64,000 bases of DNA from Verrucomicrobiota bacterium (lineage in GTDB: Bacteria > Verrucomicrobiota > Verrucomicrobiia > Limisphaerales > CANJXF01): assembly GCA_038214755.1 (NCBI GenBank), contig JBBQRQ010000008.1, positions 19,013 to 83,012 of the forward strand, given 5' to 3'. Below the pieces are notes generated by a model that did no database searches, was not told the origin of the DNA, and saw only the letters and a program-made list of their open reading frames with translations. This document shows, in pieces, positions 1-10,108 of this stretch (position 1 is its first letter; every line of letters begins with the position of its first letter). The position numbers were made by a program, and so were the translations under genes.

Positions 1-2004
1 CTTCTGGTTGTGCAACGCACCGGTTGGGGCAAGAGCAACGTCTATTTTATCGCTGCAAAACTCCTGCGCGAACAACAAGCCGGGCCAACACTGATCATTT
101 CTCCATTGCTGGCGTTGATGCGAAATCAAATCACTGCCGCTGAACGCGCGGGTGTCCGCGCTGTTCGAGTCACGTCGGAGGAAAAGAACCGCGACGATTG
201 GGGACGCATCCGTGATGAACTGCTCGCCGACCGCGTGGACGTTTTGCTCATTTCACCGGAGCGGTTGGGCAACGAGGAATTTGTGCAGACGATGTTGCAG
301 CCGGTTGCGGCGCGCATTGGCTTGCTCGTGGTGGACGAGGCGCATTGCATTTCGGATTGGGGACACGACTTCCGCCCGGACTACCGCCGCATCACGCGCA
401 TCCTGAAATCGTTGCCGCCAAATGTTCGCGTGCTCGCGACGACAGCGACGGCGAATGATCGCGTCGTGGCTGATTTGAAATCGCAACTTGGCGCGGCGCT
501 CACGGTTCAGCGCGGTAAACTGGCGCGGGCAAGTTTGCAACTGCAAAATATTTCTCTTCCCAGTGAAATCGCCCGACTGGCCTGGCTCGCGCACACGTTG
601 CCCAAACTTCCCGGCAGCGGTGTGATTTACACGCTGACCATCCGCGACGCGCGCACGGTGGCTGCGTGGTTGCGCGAAAATGGTATTGATGCTGAACCAT
701 ATTGGGGCGGGCTGGATGAAGAACTCGGACAACCCGGCTTGCGCGAGCGGCTTGAAGCGCGTCTGCTCCGCAACGAACTTAAAGCGCTCGTCGCCACCAC
801 CGCGCTCGGCATGGGCTTTGATAAACCCGATCTCGCATTTGTCATTCACTATCAACTTCCCGGTTCTGTGGTGCATTACTATCAACAAGTGGGTCGTGCC
901 GGCCGCGCGTTGCCTGATGCCTTTGCGGTGTTGCTCGGCGGTGGCGGCGACAGCGACATCACAGACCACTTCATCGAGACCGCATTTCCGCCGCGTGAGT
1001 TGGTTGAAAAAATTCTCTCGCAACTCGACGCTGCGCCCGACGGACTGACGCTCGGTGAGTTGCAAATCAAACTGAACGCTCCGCGCGGGCGTTTGGATCA
1101 CGCGCTGAAATTGCTTTCACTCGAATCACCTGCGCCGCTCTTGAAACTCGATAGCCATTGGAAACGCACCTCCGCGCTCCTCGCTCCATCGTTTTGGGAA
1201 CGCGTCGAGCGGCTCACGGAACTTCGCAAGCGCGAACAAACCCGGATGTGCGAATACCTTCACGCGCGTTCTTGTCTCATGCAATTTCTCGCCCGCGAAC
1301 TGGATGAAGACGACGCGCCGCGATGCGGACGTTGCTCGGTTTGTCGCGGTGAACCATTGCTGGCCGAACAATTTACTCCGACGTTTGCCGAACGCGCCGC
1401 GCAATTTCTCCAACGCACCCATCATCCGATAAAGCCCCGCAAATTGTGGCCGAAGGACGCCTTCAGCACTTACCAGTTCACGGGAAAAATTTCAGAATCG
1501 CTCCGTGCCGAAACGGGTCGCGTGCTGGCGATTTGGGGCGACGCGGGGTGGGGCGATTTGGTGCGCGCGGGAAAATATTCCACCACCAACCGCTTCGATG
1601 ACCGTCTGGTTGCCGCTGTCATAGAGATGATCCACGAATGGAATCCGCAGCCGCAGCCAGCATGGGTGACGTATGTACCGTCGTTGAATCGCACAACCCT
1701 TGTTGCCGAATTTGCCGAACGGCTGGCGAACCATTTGAAACTGCCCTTTCATTCCGTGTTGCAAAAAACTCGACCCTCGCCGCCACAGAAAGAAATGCAA
1801 AACAGTTTTCAACAGGCGCACAATCTCGACGGCGCGTTCACGGTCAAGCCGGGCGTTGGTTTTACAAAGCCGGTAATGTTGGTGGACGACATGGTGGATA
1901 GCGGCTGGACGTTTACGGTTTGCGCCGCGCTGCTTCGGCAGGCGGGCAGCGGGCCGGTGTTCCCCATCGCGCTTGCGCAAACCAGCAAATCTGACGAAAC
2001 TTGA
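1..2004 (+). CDS. RecQ-family helicase with C-terminal phosphoribosyltransferase (ComF-like) domain, RqlH-like; 5' end lies outside the window
   Basis: Walker A QRTGWGKS, VVDEAHCISDWGHDFRPDY, ATTATA, QQVGRAGR, Zn-binding CGRCSVC, and PRT motif VMLVDDMVDSGWTF. The frame is open from base 1. Confidence 0.93.
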   Translation, partial: LLVVQRTGWGKSNVYFIAAKLLREQQAGPTLIISPLLALMRNQITAAERAGVRAVRVTSEEKNRDDWGRIRDELLADRVDVLLISPERLGNEEFVQTMLQPVAARIGLLVVDEAHCISDWGHDFRPDYRRITRILKSLPPNVRVLATTATANDRVVADLKSQLGAALTVQRGKLARASLQLQNISLPSEIARLAWLAHTLPKLPGSGVIYTLTIRDARTVAAWLRENGIDAEPYWGGLDEELGQPGLRERLEARLLRNELKALVATTALGMGFDKPDLAFVIHYQLPGSVVHYYQQVGRAGRALPDAFAVLLGGGGDSDITDHFIETAFPPRELVEKILSQLDAAPDGLTLGELQIKLNAPRGRLDHALKLLSLESPAPLLKLDSHWKRTSALLAPSFWERVERLTELRKREQTRMCEYLHARSCLMQFLARELDEDDAPRCGRCSVCRGEPLLAEQFTPTFAERAAQFLQRTHHPIKPRKLWPKDAFSTYQFTGKISESLRAETGRVLAIWGDAGWGDLVRAGKYSTTNRFDDRLVAAVIEMIHEWNPQPQPAWVTYVPSLNRTTLVAEFAERLANHLKLPFHSVLQKTRPSPPQKEMQNSFQQAHNLDGAFTVKPGVGFTKPVMLVDDMVDSGWTFTVCAALLRQAGSGPVFPIALAQTSKSDET

Positions 2005-2009
2005 AACCC

Positions 2010-3068
2010 ATGAACGCCAACCCGCTTTCACCCGCAACACAGGTTACGCTGCTATTGTGTTCGCCGTTGCGCGCCGGGCGGAACAAGGACGTTCGGACGT
2101 TGAATATCGGCGAGTTCAATGAACTGGAAAAGCAGCTGCTACGTCTCGGTGCGCCGCTGGAACAGTTGCTCGAAACGGACGCTGCGACGCTGCTTAAAAA
2201 GATTTCTCCGGCGATGGATGGGGCAAAAATCGAAACTCTGTTGGGACGCGGCTTCATGTTGAGTATGGCCGTTGAAATGTGGCAAAGCGCGGGCGTATGG
2301 GTCACCAGTCGCAATGAAACTGATTACCCGGAACGCCTGCATCGCCTGAAACAAAATACTCCACCATTGCTTTACGGTTGCGGCGAAAAAAAACTTTTGT
2401 CGCGCGGCGGACTCGCGATTGTTGGATCACGTGATGTGGACGAGGCGGGCGAAGAATTTGCCAAACGCGCGGCGGCATCTGCGGCGCGCGAAGACGTGCA
2501 GGTTGTATCGGGAGGCGCGCGCGGTGTGGACCAATTCGCGATGTTGGCCGCGCTCGAAGTCGGTGGGACAGTTGTAGGCGTACTCGCAGATAGTCTTTTG
2601 CGGTCAGCTACATCTGGCCATGCGCGTGAAGCAATTCAAGACGGACGGCTCACGCTTGTCTCGGCATTCGATCCTGAAGCTGGATTCAATGTCGGCAATG
2701 CGATGCAACGCAACAAACACATTTATGCGCTGGCCGATTTTGGGCTGGTCGTAAGTTCCGGCTACAATGAAGGCGGCACATGGTCGGGCGCGATTGAGCA
2801 ATTGGAAAAACTTCGTCTCACCCCAATCTTTGTTCGCGGCGGCGACGATGTGCCGGAAGGGAATCGCCAGTTGCTTCGACGTGACGCGTTGCCATTTTTG
2901 CCAGAACCGTGGCCAGCTTCGTTGCGCGAATTTTTTGGAGCGTTGTCGCAAAAGAAAGTTCAGTCGATGGAGACAGCCGACTTGTTCGCTCTACATGAAA
3001 CACCGCTCAAATATCATAGCAGCCGACGTGAGGAGGCTCTGAATTCTTCGCGAAAACGAAAGCATTGA
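2010..3068 (+). CDS. DprA/Smf-family protein (RqlI-like partner of the helicase)
   Basis: YPERL..PPLLYG, LAIVGSR, VVSGGARGVD, NAMQRNKHIYALAD, GGTWSGA; starts 5 nt after the helicase stop. Confidence 0.9.
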   Translation: MNANPLSPATQVTLLLCSPLRAGRNKDVRTLNIGEFNELEKQLLRLGAPLEQLLETDAATLLKKISPAMDGAKIETLLGRGFMLSMAVEMWQSAGVWVTSRNETDYPERLHRLKQNTPPLLYGCGEKKLLSRGGLAIVGSRDVDEAGEEFAKRAAASAAREDVQVVSGGARGVDQFAMLAALEVGGTVVGVLADSLLRSATSGHAREAIQDGRLTLVSAFDPEAGFNVGNAMQRNKHIYALADFGLVVSSGYNEGGTWSGAIEQLEKLRLTPIFVRGGDDVPEGNRQLLRRDALPFLPEPWPASLREFFGALSQKKVQSMETADLFALHETPLKYHSSRREEALNSSRKRKH

Positions 3069-3069
3069 A

Positions 3070-4677
3070 ATGAAAACTAAACTCAAGCCCGTCACCCGCA
3101 AACTTTCCGCCAAGCGTGCGCTTGCCACCATTTCGTTACAGCCTGTCGTGCCAGTCAAAGATCGTCGTCTGAATTTTGGCGACAAATGGGATTACGCGCC
3201 CGCGCCGGAAACGGTGCCGGTGAAAATTCAGCCGCGCTACGAATTGTTCATCAACGGGAAATTCACCGCGCCGAGTTCTGGAAAATATTTTGAGTCGATC
3301 AATCCTGCGACCGAACAAAAACTTTCGGACATCGCAGCGGCGAATGGAGCGGATGTGGATGTGGCTGTGAAATCGGCGCGGCGCGCTTATGAAAAAGTTT
3401 GGAGCAAAATGTCGGGACGCGAGCGCGGCAAATATCTTTACCGCATCGCGCGCATCATTCAGGAAAAGTCGCGCGAACTCGCCATGATGGAAACGATGGA
3501 TGGCGGCAAAACCATCAAGGAAAGCCGCGACATCGATCTGCCGCTCGTGGCCGCGCACTTTTTTTACTACGCCGGTTGGGCGGATAAACTGAAATACGCG
3601 TTTCCCGGAAAAACTCCGCAACCGCTCGGCGTCGCGGGACAAATTATTCCGTGGAATTTTCCCTTGCTCATGGCCGCGTGGAAAATTGCTCCGGCCCTCG
3701 CGTGCGGAAATACCGTTGTTTTAAAGCCCGCCGAAACCACCAGCATCACCGCGATGCATCTCGCGCAAATTTTTCAGGAAGCCGAATTGCCTGAAGGCGT
3801 GGTGAACATCGTAACTGGCGCGGGCGAAACCGGCGCGGCCATCGTCAATCATCCTGAGATCAACAAAATCGCGTTCACTGGCAGCACGGAGGTGGGGAAG
3901 GCGATTGCGAAAAGCATTGCGAATAGGAGCGCGGACAGCCATGTCCGCGAGAACCAAAACGGCGGAAAACACGCGGACAAGGCTGTCTGCGCTCCTCGTC
4001 TCACGCTCGAACTCGGCGGCAAAGCGGCGAACATTATTTTCGAAGACGCCCCGATTGATCAAGCCGTCGAAGGAATTATTTCCGGAATTTATTTTAATCA
4101 AGGCCACGTCTGCTGCGCCGGTTCGCGTCTGCTCGTGCAGGAAGGAATTTTCCGGACCGTGATTCGCAAGTTGCGCGACCGCATCGCCACGTTGCGCGTT
4201 GGAAATCCGCTCGATAAAAACACCGACATCGGCGCGATCAATTCGCGGATGCAACTCGAAAAAATCCGCGAGCTGGTGCAAAGCGGCGTCGATGAAGGTG
4301 CTGAATTGGTGCAGCCGCGCTGCGCGTTGCCGGAAAAAGGTTATTGGTATCCGCCAAGTTTTCTAACGGGTGTCACCGCGTCGCATCGCATCGCGCAGGA
4401 AGAAATTTTCGGCCCGGTGTTGAGCGTGATGACCTTTCGCACACCGGAAGAAGCGTTCGAGCGCGCGAACAATACGCCCTACGGATTGAGCGCCGGCGTC
4501 TGGACCGACAAAGGCAGCAAGATTTTCAAGATGGTCAACAAACTCCGCGCCGGCGTCGTCTGGGCAAACACGTTTAACAAGTTCGATCCGACAAGTCCGT
4601 TCGGCGGGTACAAAGAAAGTGGATTTGGCCGTGAAGGTGGTTTGCAAGGACTCGCCGCTTACTGCCGACTCGACTAA
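3070..4677 (+). CDS. NAD-dependent aldehyde dehydrogenase carrying an in-frame repeat insertion
   Basis: IIPWNFP, KPAE, FTGSTEVG, LELGGK, NQGHVCCAGSR, EEIFGPV, PFGGYKESGFGREGG. Confidence 0.96.
   Translation: MKTKLKPVTRKLSAKRALATISLQPVVPVKDRRLNFGDKWDYAPAPETVPVKIQPRYELFINGKFTAPSSGKYFESINPATEQKLSDIAAANGADVDVAVKSARRAYEKVWSKMSGRERGKYLYRIARIIQEKSRELAMMETMDGGKTIKESRDIDLPLVAAHFFYYAGWADKLKYAFPGKTPQPLGVAGQIIPWNFPLLMAAWKIAPALACGNTVVLKPAETTSITAMHLAQIFQEAELPEGVVNIVTGAGETGAAIVNHPEINKIAFTGSTEVGKAIAKSIANRSADSHVRENQNGGKHADKAVCAPRLTLELGGKAANIIFEDAPIDQAVEGIISGIYFNQGHVCCAGSRLLVQEGIFRTVIRKLRDRIATLRVGNPLDKNTDIGAINSRMQLEKIRELVQSGVDEGAELVQPRCALPEKGYWYPPSFLTGVTASHRIAQEEIFGPVLSVMTFRTPEEAFERANNTPYGLSAGVWTDKGSKIFKMVNKLRAGVVWANTFNKFDPTSPFGGYKESGFGREGGLQGLAAYCRLD
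3925..3996. repeat. REP-doublet element (GGAGCGCGGAC family) inserted in frame in ALDH
   Basis: aggagcgcggacagccatgtccgcg...cgcggacaaggctgtctgcgctcct; the same family is intergenic at 21956, 29790, 37277 and 57897. Confidence 0.9.
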
Positions 4678-4689
4678 ATCGCAAAATTC

Positions 4690-5356
4690 TTGTTGTCATC
4701 TGTGAACGAAGCCGTGTGCGAATTCCCATTCCAAATCAAGGCGGAAGGCGCAGCGCAAATGGCGACGCTGCACTTTGCGACCCAAGTCGAACTACGTCGT
4801 TATCATCGCAGCCTGTCGCCATTCGCGCGCGAGGCTTCCACAGTCGTTCGGGAAGCCGTCGAATTCACCCGGCTTGCCGCCAAACGGTGGCGTTATTATT
4901 TCCACACTGATGAAGCCGCCGAGAGTTTTGCCGCTGCAACGCGAAATTCACCGCCACCCAAAATGCGAAGTCGCCTTCATTATGGTTGCCACGATTCGGC
5001 AGGCGAACCGCGACTTGCCGGTTGACCTCGCCTATTGCCGACGAACCTGGTGTCATCACCTTGCGCTTGATTTCCTCGCGTTGCATCCGGGCGCGCTGGC
5101 GCGAAACTGGCGGGTGAGCGGCGTAGGCAGCGGCATCGTATTCGGACTGGTTCAATTGGCGAACGCGTTGAACATTTCGCGCATCTGGGGCGAGGCCACG
5201 GTGAATTCTGCTCCGTTCTACGAAAAGCTGCTGGCCGTTTCTCCCGTTCAAGATTTGTTCCTCATCGAAGCGCCGGAGATGGCGGCCATTACCAAACGGC
5301 AGGAAAAAATCAGCCATCCAACTCTTGTCACCAAAACCACAACTGAACTACATTGA
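4690..5356 (+). pseudogene. GNAT-like acetyltransferase split by a frameshift near 4932
   Basis: ORFs 4690-5025 and 4775-5356 join as ESFAA/LQREIHRHPK; the C-terminal half has LDFLALHP..VSGVGSGIV..EATVNSAPFYEKL. Confidence 0.55.
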
Positions 5357-5367
5357 CGCCGTGACAG

Positions 5368-5558
5368 TGAAACGCACAAAGCCAGTGAGCCTTGAAGAAC
5401 TCTGGGATTACGAAGCAAGGCATCCCGTGGTCTTCGCCTCGCCTCGTGCCTTGGCCGATGCACGGTTGATTGCCAAACTGGAGCGCACGACACGGAATCA
5501 CCGTCGCAGCACACACCGCAATGGTGTTGCCCATCGCCGTAAAGCCGTGTCCGCCTGA
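5368..5558 (+). CDS. Small basic hypothetical protein, possible partner of the GNAT; start uncertain
   Basis: ORF directly after the GNAT stop, ending just before the ALDH remnant. Confidence 0.35.
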
Positions 5559-5565
5559 AAAAGTA

Positions 5566-5663
5566 GCGCTGGCGTCGTCTGAGCGAACACGTTCAACAAA
5601 TTCGATCCGACAAGTCCGTTTGGTGGATACAAAGAAAGCGTCTTCGGTTGCGAGGGTGGACTG
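5566..5663 (+). pseudogene. Orphan diverged copy of the ALDH 3' end (matches 4547-4644)
   Basis: Colinear 98 bp, AGVV*ANTFNKFDPTSPFGGYKESVFGCEGGL, mostly third-position differences. Confidence 0.92.
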
Positions 5664-5682
5664 AATTTGAATTGGATTTTCC

Positions 5683-6252
5683 ATGCCGACTTATATTGCA
5701 ATGCTGCGCGGCATCAATGTCAGCGGGCACAAGACGATCAAAATGGCGCGTCTTCGTGCGTCATTCGAGGAGTTGGGATTCAGCGATGTCGAAACTTATA
5801 TTCAGAGCGGCAACGTCATCTTCAGAGCGGGGCAGGAATCCGCAGCCAGCTTGTCCAAACAAATTGGAGGAAAAATTTTAAGTGATTTTAGTTTCTCAGT
5901 TCCTGTGCTGGTCAAAACAGCGAATGAGATGGGTGAGGTCGTGAAAAAGAATCCGTTTTTGAAGGATGGGGGAATTGACCCGTCCAAATTGCACGTCACT
6001 TTCCTCTCGAAAACCGCGCCGCAAATGGCTGAAAAAATTCTGGAGACATTGGCCGCGAAGTCCGAACGATTCTGCGTTTGCGACCGGGAAATTTATCTCT
6101 ATTGCCCAGATGGATACGGCAACACCAAACTTTCGAACAGCGCCATTGAAAAAAAGTTTTCAGTCCAGGCCACCACTAGAAATTGGAAAACGGTGAATGT
6201 CCTTTTGGCGAGATGTTCGTTTGCAAAACAGAAACTGGTTGGAGAAAAATAG
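5683..6252 (+). CDS. DUF1697 family protein
   Basis: YIAMLRGINVSG, VETYIQSGNVIF, TTRNWKTV. Confidence 0.92.
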   Translation: MPTYIAMLRGINVSGHKTIKMARLRASFEELGFSDVETYIQSGNVIFRAGQESAASLSKQIGGKILSDFSFSVPVLVKTANEMGEVVKKNPFLKDGGIDPSKLHVTFLSKTAPQMAEKILETLAAKSERFCVCDREIYLYCPDGYGNTKLSNSAIEKKFSVQATTRNWKTVNVLLARCSFAKQKLVGEK

Positions 6253-6363
6253 AACACTCAATTCCAATTGGCGGTGTCCTAATTAATCCAAATTAGGACA
6301 CCGCCCGGCTTCCCACTGGTTTGACGATTTTCGTAAATGGTGGATAGATTGTGTCGAATCTTC

Positions 6364-7914
6364 ATGAGCCCTCCTCTCTCATTGAATGCACGCTGTGCCC
6401 TTTCGCGATGGAGCGCGGGTATATTCTTCCTCACCGCGCTCGCCGTCGCGGGCGCAGACTGGCCGCAGTATCGCGGTCCCAATCACAACGGCGTTTCAAC
6501 CGATCATCTCAATACACAATGGACCGGCTCTGTAACCAATCCGTTGTGGCTGGTTTCATTCACCAACGGTCTTGGCAGTTTTTCAGTCAGCGGAGCAAGG
6601 GCTTTCACCCAGGTTCGCCGCACCACCAATGATCTCGAAAAGGAATTCTGTGTGGCCTTAAGCAGCGCTAGCGGAACTGAACTCTGGGCGACGATGGTGG
6701 ACGACGGCGATTATCCTGACTTCGGCGTGGGCTTTACCGACGACGGACCGCGCACGACACCAGCCGTCGATGGTGACTCGGTTTATGTGTTGTCGTCCTA
6801 CATCAAATTGTATCGGCTCAATGCCGCCAGCGGCGCGGTGATCTGGCAAAAGGATTTACGGGCAATCTATGGAGGGGAGGTCATCGCGTGGCAAAATGCA
6901 GCGTCACCCTTGATTGAGGATGGGTTGATCTTCGTCAACGCCAACTGTGGGACTTCAACCTTGATGGCATTGCGCACGAGTGACGGAGAACCAGCGTGGC
7001 GCTCGCAGAACGAAGCGATGACCCACGCCACGCCGGTGCTCGCCACCATTCATGGAGTGCGGCAAGTGATCTTTGCCACCCAAAGCGGCCTGGTCTCTTT
7101 GAATCCCCAAACGGGAAATTTGGTGTGGAGATTCGATTACCCGTTTTCCTACACCACTTCACTCGCAGCCTCACCCGCAGTAGATGGAGACATGGTTTTC
7201 GTTACCGGCTTTTACGGGATGGGTTCGGTCGTCGTAAAAATCCTCAACCCGAACGGGACATTCGTGCCGACGCAACTTTGGTACAATGCGTCGCTGCAAA
7301 GCCATTGGTCCACGCCCGTCTGCTATCAGGGATGTCTCTTCGGGCAATTCACGCCGGACGGCGCGAACGCCCAACTGAGATGCATCGACATGGCGAGCGG
7401 CAGTTTGAAATGGGCGGTGAACGGTTTCGGGCGTGGCAGCGTGTCGCTGGTGGGCAATCATCTTCTGGCCATCACGGAACGCGGTCAATTGGTGGCAGCC
7501 CAACCGAACACAAATACCTACACCGAGGTCGCACGTTTTCTGGCAATTCCAGGTTACAACGATGGCGGAAATAAATGTTGGAACTCTTTGGCGGTAGCTG
7601 ACGGAAAAGTTTTTGTTCGTAGCACGGCCTACGCCGCCGCATTTGATCTTTCGCTGCCAGCTCTCAAATTGGATTCGCCCCAACTCGAACCGGCCAACAA
7701 GGTTCAACTCACCATTCGCACTGTCAACGGAACTCCCGTGAACTCCAACCGGCTGGCGGGCTTGTCGGTGCGATCCACCACCAATCTGGCGCTCTCGCCT
7801 TCACTGTGGCCGGCGCTCACCAACAATCTGGTGCTCAGCAACGATGTGCTGCGGGTGGGCGGCGTCGATGCAAAACCGCCCATACAGTTTTTTATCCTGG
7901 ACGAACTACAGTAG
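6364..7914 (+). CDS. Secreted PQQ-binding-like beta-propeller protein with C-terminal extension
   Basis: Signal peptide followed by ADWPQYRGP, GPRTTP and repeated G..xW blades. Confidence 0.88.
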   Translation: MSPPLSLNARCALSRWSAGIFFLTALAVAGADWPQYRGPNHNGVSTDHLNTQWTGSVTNPLWLVSFTNGLGSFSVSGARAFTQVRRTTNDLEKEFCVALSSASGTELWATMVDDGDYPDFGVGFTDDGPRTTPAVDGDSVYVLSSYIKLYRLNAASGAVIWQKDLRAIYGGEVIAWQNAASPLIEDGLIFVNANCGTSTLMALRTSDGEPAWRSQNEAMTHATPVLATIHGVRQVIFATQSGLVSLNPQTGNLVWRFDYPFSYTTSLAASPAVDGDMVFVTGFYGMGSVVVKILNPNGTFVPTQLWYNASLQSHWSTPVCYQGCLFGQFTPDGANAQLRCIDMASGSLKWAVNGFGRGSVSLVGNHLLAITERGQLVAAQPNTNTYTEVARFLAIPGYNDGGNKCWNSLAVADGKVFVRSTAYAAAFDLSLPALKLDSPQLEPANKVQLTIRTVNGTPVNSNRLAGLSVRSTTNLALSPSLWPALTNNLVLSNDVLRVGGVDAKPPIQFFILDELQ

Positions 7915-7924
7915 GAGGTAATTG

Positions 7925-8695
7925 ATGAAGACGAAATTATTTGCGCGCTCATCGAAGAACGTCGCCTTTACGCTCATCGAGCTTTTAGTGGTGATTGCGA
8001 TCATCGCCATTCTGGCGGCGCTGCTTCTGCCATCGCTCGCCGGCAGCAAAGAAAAAGCGCGACGCACCAGTTGTAAGAGTTCCGAGCGCCAACTTCTTTT
8101 GGCCGCGCATCTTTATGGCGACGACAATTTGCAGCGTCTGCCCAGTGGCGCGCCCAACAAACCGATGCCCGAGGATGACGATCATCTGCCCGTAATTAGT
8201 GGCGCGACCAGCAACGCGTTTGTGCAATACCTGGGCCATGAGCGTATGGTTCATTGTCCAAGCTTCGCGGATTATTTCGTGAAGAAACAAACCGAGCGTC
8301 CGTTTGAAGAGCGCCAATACGGCTACGTCATTGGTTACAACTATCACGGCGGTCACTCGAAAACACCGTGGAAACCGATGCCCGGTTTCGACGCCACATG
8401 GGTTTCGCCACAACGCCTGACTGATTCGGGTACGCTGGTTTTGGTGACCGACATGAATGACTGGTCGCCACTCTATGGAAAGAGTTTTACCGCGCATGCC
8501 AAGAGCGGCCCGGTGCTCCAGGAAGTGGACGACGCCAGCCCAAGCGGCCCTGCTCCGTCTGCCGCCGCTATCGGTTCGACGGGTGGGAACATTGGGCTGC
8601 TCGACGGCTCGGTTTCCTGGAAGAACATTCAAAAGATGCAAACCTATCGTGGTTCACAAAAGTGGGACAACGATGGCTGCTGGGCGATGTGGTGA
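7925..8695 (+). CDS. Prepilin-type N-terminal cleavage/methylation protein (PVC DUF1559/H-X9-DG-like)
   Basis: [38 protein letters not shown]. Confidence 0.9.
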   Translation: MKTKLFARSSKNVAFTLIELLVVIAIIAILAALLLPSLAGSKEKARRTSCKSSERQLLLAAHLYGDDNLQRLPSGAPNKPMPEDDDHLPVISGATSNAFVQYLGHERMVHCPSFADYFVKKQTERPFEERQYGYVIGYNYHGGHSKTPWKPMPGFDATWVSPQRLTDSGTLVLVTDMNDWSPLYGKSFTAHAKSGPVLQEVDDASPSGPAPSAAAIGSTGGNIGLLDGSVSWKNIQKMQTYRGSQKWDNDGCWAMW

Positions 8696-8703
8696 AACTT
8701 GTT

Positions 8704-8964
8704 TCAGCGATAAATCTCCCGGCGATGCCCGACCGCAACCACCAGAACAACCAATTGTTCGTCCCGGATTTGGTAAATAATGCGGTAGTCACCGACGCGA
8801 ACTCGATAAACATTTTCCTCGCCAGATAGTTTCACGCAGCCGGAGGGTCGCGGATTTTCCCCCAAGCTGCGAAACGCCTGCGTCAAACGTTGTCGCAAAG
8901 ATTGATCCCGCAATTTCTCCAGAAATTTCGTGGGTGTAGCGGCGATGCGAACCGTGTAATTCAC
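8704..8964 (-). CDS. RelE/ParE-family toxin
   Basis: NPRPSGCVKLSG, YRVRVGDYRIIY, VGHRREIYR. Confidence 0.93.
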   Translation of the reverse strand: MNYTVRIAATPTKFLEKLRDQSLRQRLTQAFRSLGENPRPSGCVKLSGEENVYRVRVGDYRIIYQIRDEQLVVLVVAVGHRREIYR

Positions 8965-9161
8965 ATTCCGAGACGTTGTTCCAGTTCGTCAACGGTGATG
9001 CATTCACCGGGATGGGCGAGGGTGGCGCGCGCGGCTTTGAGATCCGCGTCGTTTTCGAGCGTCTCCAATTCCGCTAGATCATCGATTAAAGAAACGACCT
9101 TGTTGGCTCTTTCCACGGAAAGATTTTCCAATTTCGCCACAGCTTCCAGAACAGTGCTCAT
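8961..9161 (-). CDS. Putative antitoxin cognate to the RelE
   Basis: Acidic 66 aa, LENDADLKAARA..ITVDELEQRLGM, 4-nt overlap with the toxin. Confidence 0.82.
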   Translation of the reverse strand: MSTVLEAVAKLENLSVERANKVVSLIDDLAELETLENDADLKAARATLAHPGECITVDELEQRLGM

Positions 9162-9241
9162 GAGTTTATTCTGCCTGGATTAAAACCTTTCTTCAAGCGC
9201 GGCGCATTATTGATTCTCTCACCGTTTCCAAAACATCCTTT

Positions 9242-9361
9242 TCAAAACTTTACAATCTTTCCGCATTTCATCGCCTCCTCACCCGCAATCGCCAGTAAAG
9301 TTGCGTCCACACAATTTTTTACGGACGTGAGCGACTCTCGTTTTGCCAAAATGCATTTCAC
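9242..9361 (-). pseudogene. Orphan diverged copy of the Gfo/Idh/MocA 3' end (matches 10109-10228)
   Basis: VKCILAKRESLTSVKNCVDATLLAIAGEEAMKCGKIVKF* versus VKCILEKSEPLTSVKNCVDATLLAIAGEEAIRKGEIVKL*; 31/39 aa identical. Confidence 0.93.
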
Positions 9362-9436
9362 AGTTTCGGGTGGGTTTCGTCATAGTCGAGATGGTGGCAC
9401 CCACGAAGTTCATTGTTCAGATGAAGGGATAAGTTT

Positions 9437-9787
9437 TCAGATATAGATCAATTGGTTTTTCATTTCCTCGCGAGACGTGGTGTTGAGAATCCCCAGCACA
9501 CGCCGCGCGATCTGTGCCGGCGGACGGCGCACAGCAATAACGATCCCAAAATGCGTTTTGCCGAGTTCAAAATATTCTCGGGCCAAGGCCTCAAAATCTC
9601 GGCGGTTATGCGTCAAAATTGTTTTCCCAGCCTCGGCTGCATAGCTTAACTGTTGGGCATCTTCCGCTTCATTCATCCCCGCCATCTGTGTCGTTGTGAA
9701 AGAGTAGAAGCCGCGAGCTTGAACAAGTTTTCCAATCAACGGATCAACGTCTTCATCCAAATGCAACTCAATAGCAGGTCCCGTCAC
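9437..9787 (-). CDS. DUF5615 PIN-like toxin
   Basis: LHLDEDV, DAQQLSYA, ILTHNRRDF, HFGIV. Confidence 0.88.
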   Translation of the reverse strand: MTGPAIELHLDEDVDPLIGKLVQARGFYSFTTTQMAGMNEAEDAQQLSYAAEAGKTILTHNRRDFEALAREYFELGKTHFGIVIAVRRPPAQIARRVLGILNTTSREEMKNQLIYI

Positions 9788-10065
9788 AGGTGTTTGACTC
9801 GGGGGTCAATCCATTCATCCGGAATGCGATTGCGTTCAATGTAATTATGGATTTCTTCCTGATGATCGCTGTAATAACTGAGGGCATCAAAAATTTGTGC
9901 CATGGAAAGGTGTGGCACCGACTGTAGAATTTCTTCCGGGCTTTTTCCCATACGCCAAATTTCTACAATCGCGCGCACTGTCACCCGCGTGCCTTTGATG
10001 ATTGGTTCCCCGCCCGCGATTTTTTCGTTCCTGCCGATGTAACAATGTTCTGTGGCCGTTGTCAT
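9784..10065 (-). CDS. DUF433 antitoxin
   Basis: IAGGEPIIKGTRVTV, PHLSMAQIFDALSYY. Confidence 0.92.
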   Translation of the reverse strand: MTTATEHCYIGRNEKIAGGEPIIKGTRVTVRAIVEIWRMGKSPEEILQSVPHLSMAQIFDALSYYSDHQEEIHNYIERNRIPDEWIDPRVKHL

Positions 10066-10108
10066 AAATCCATTGTGCCTTTGCGGACACCTGTCTTCAA
10101 GCGCCGCA

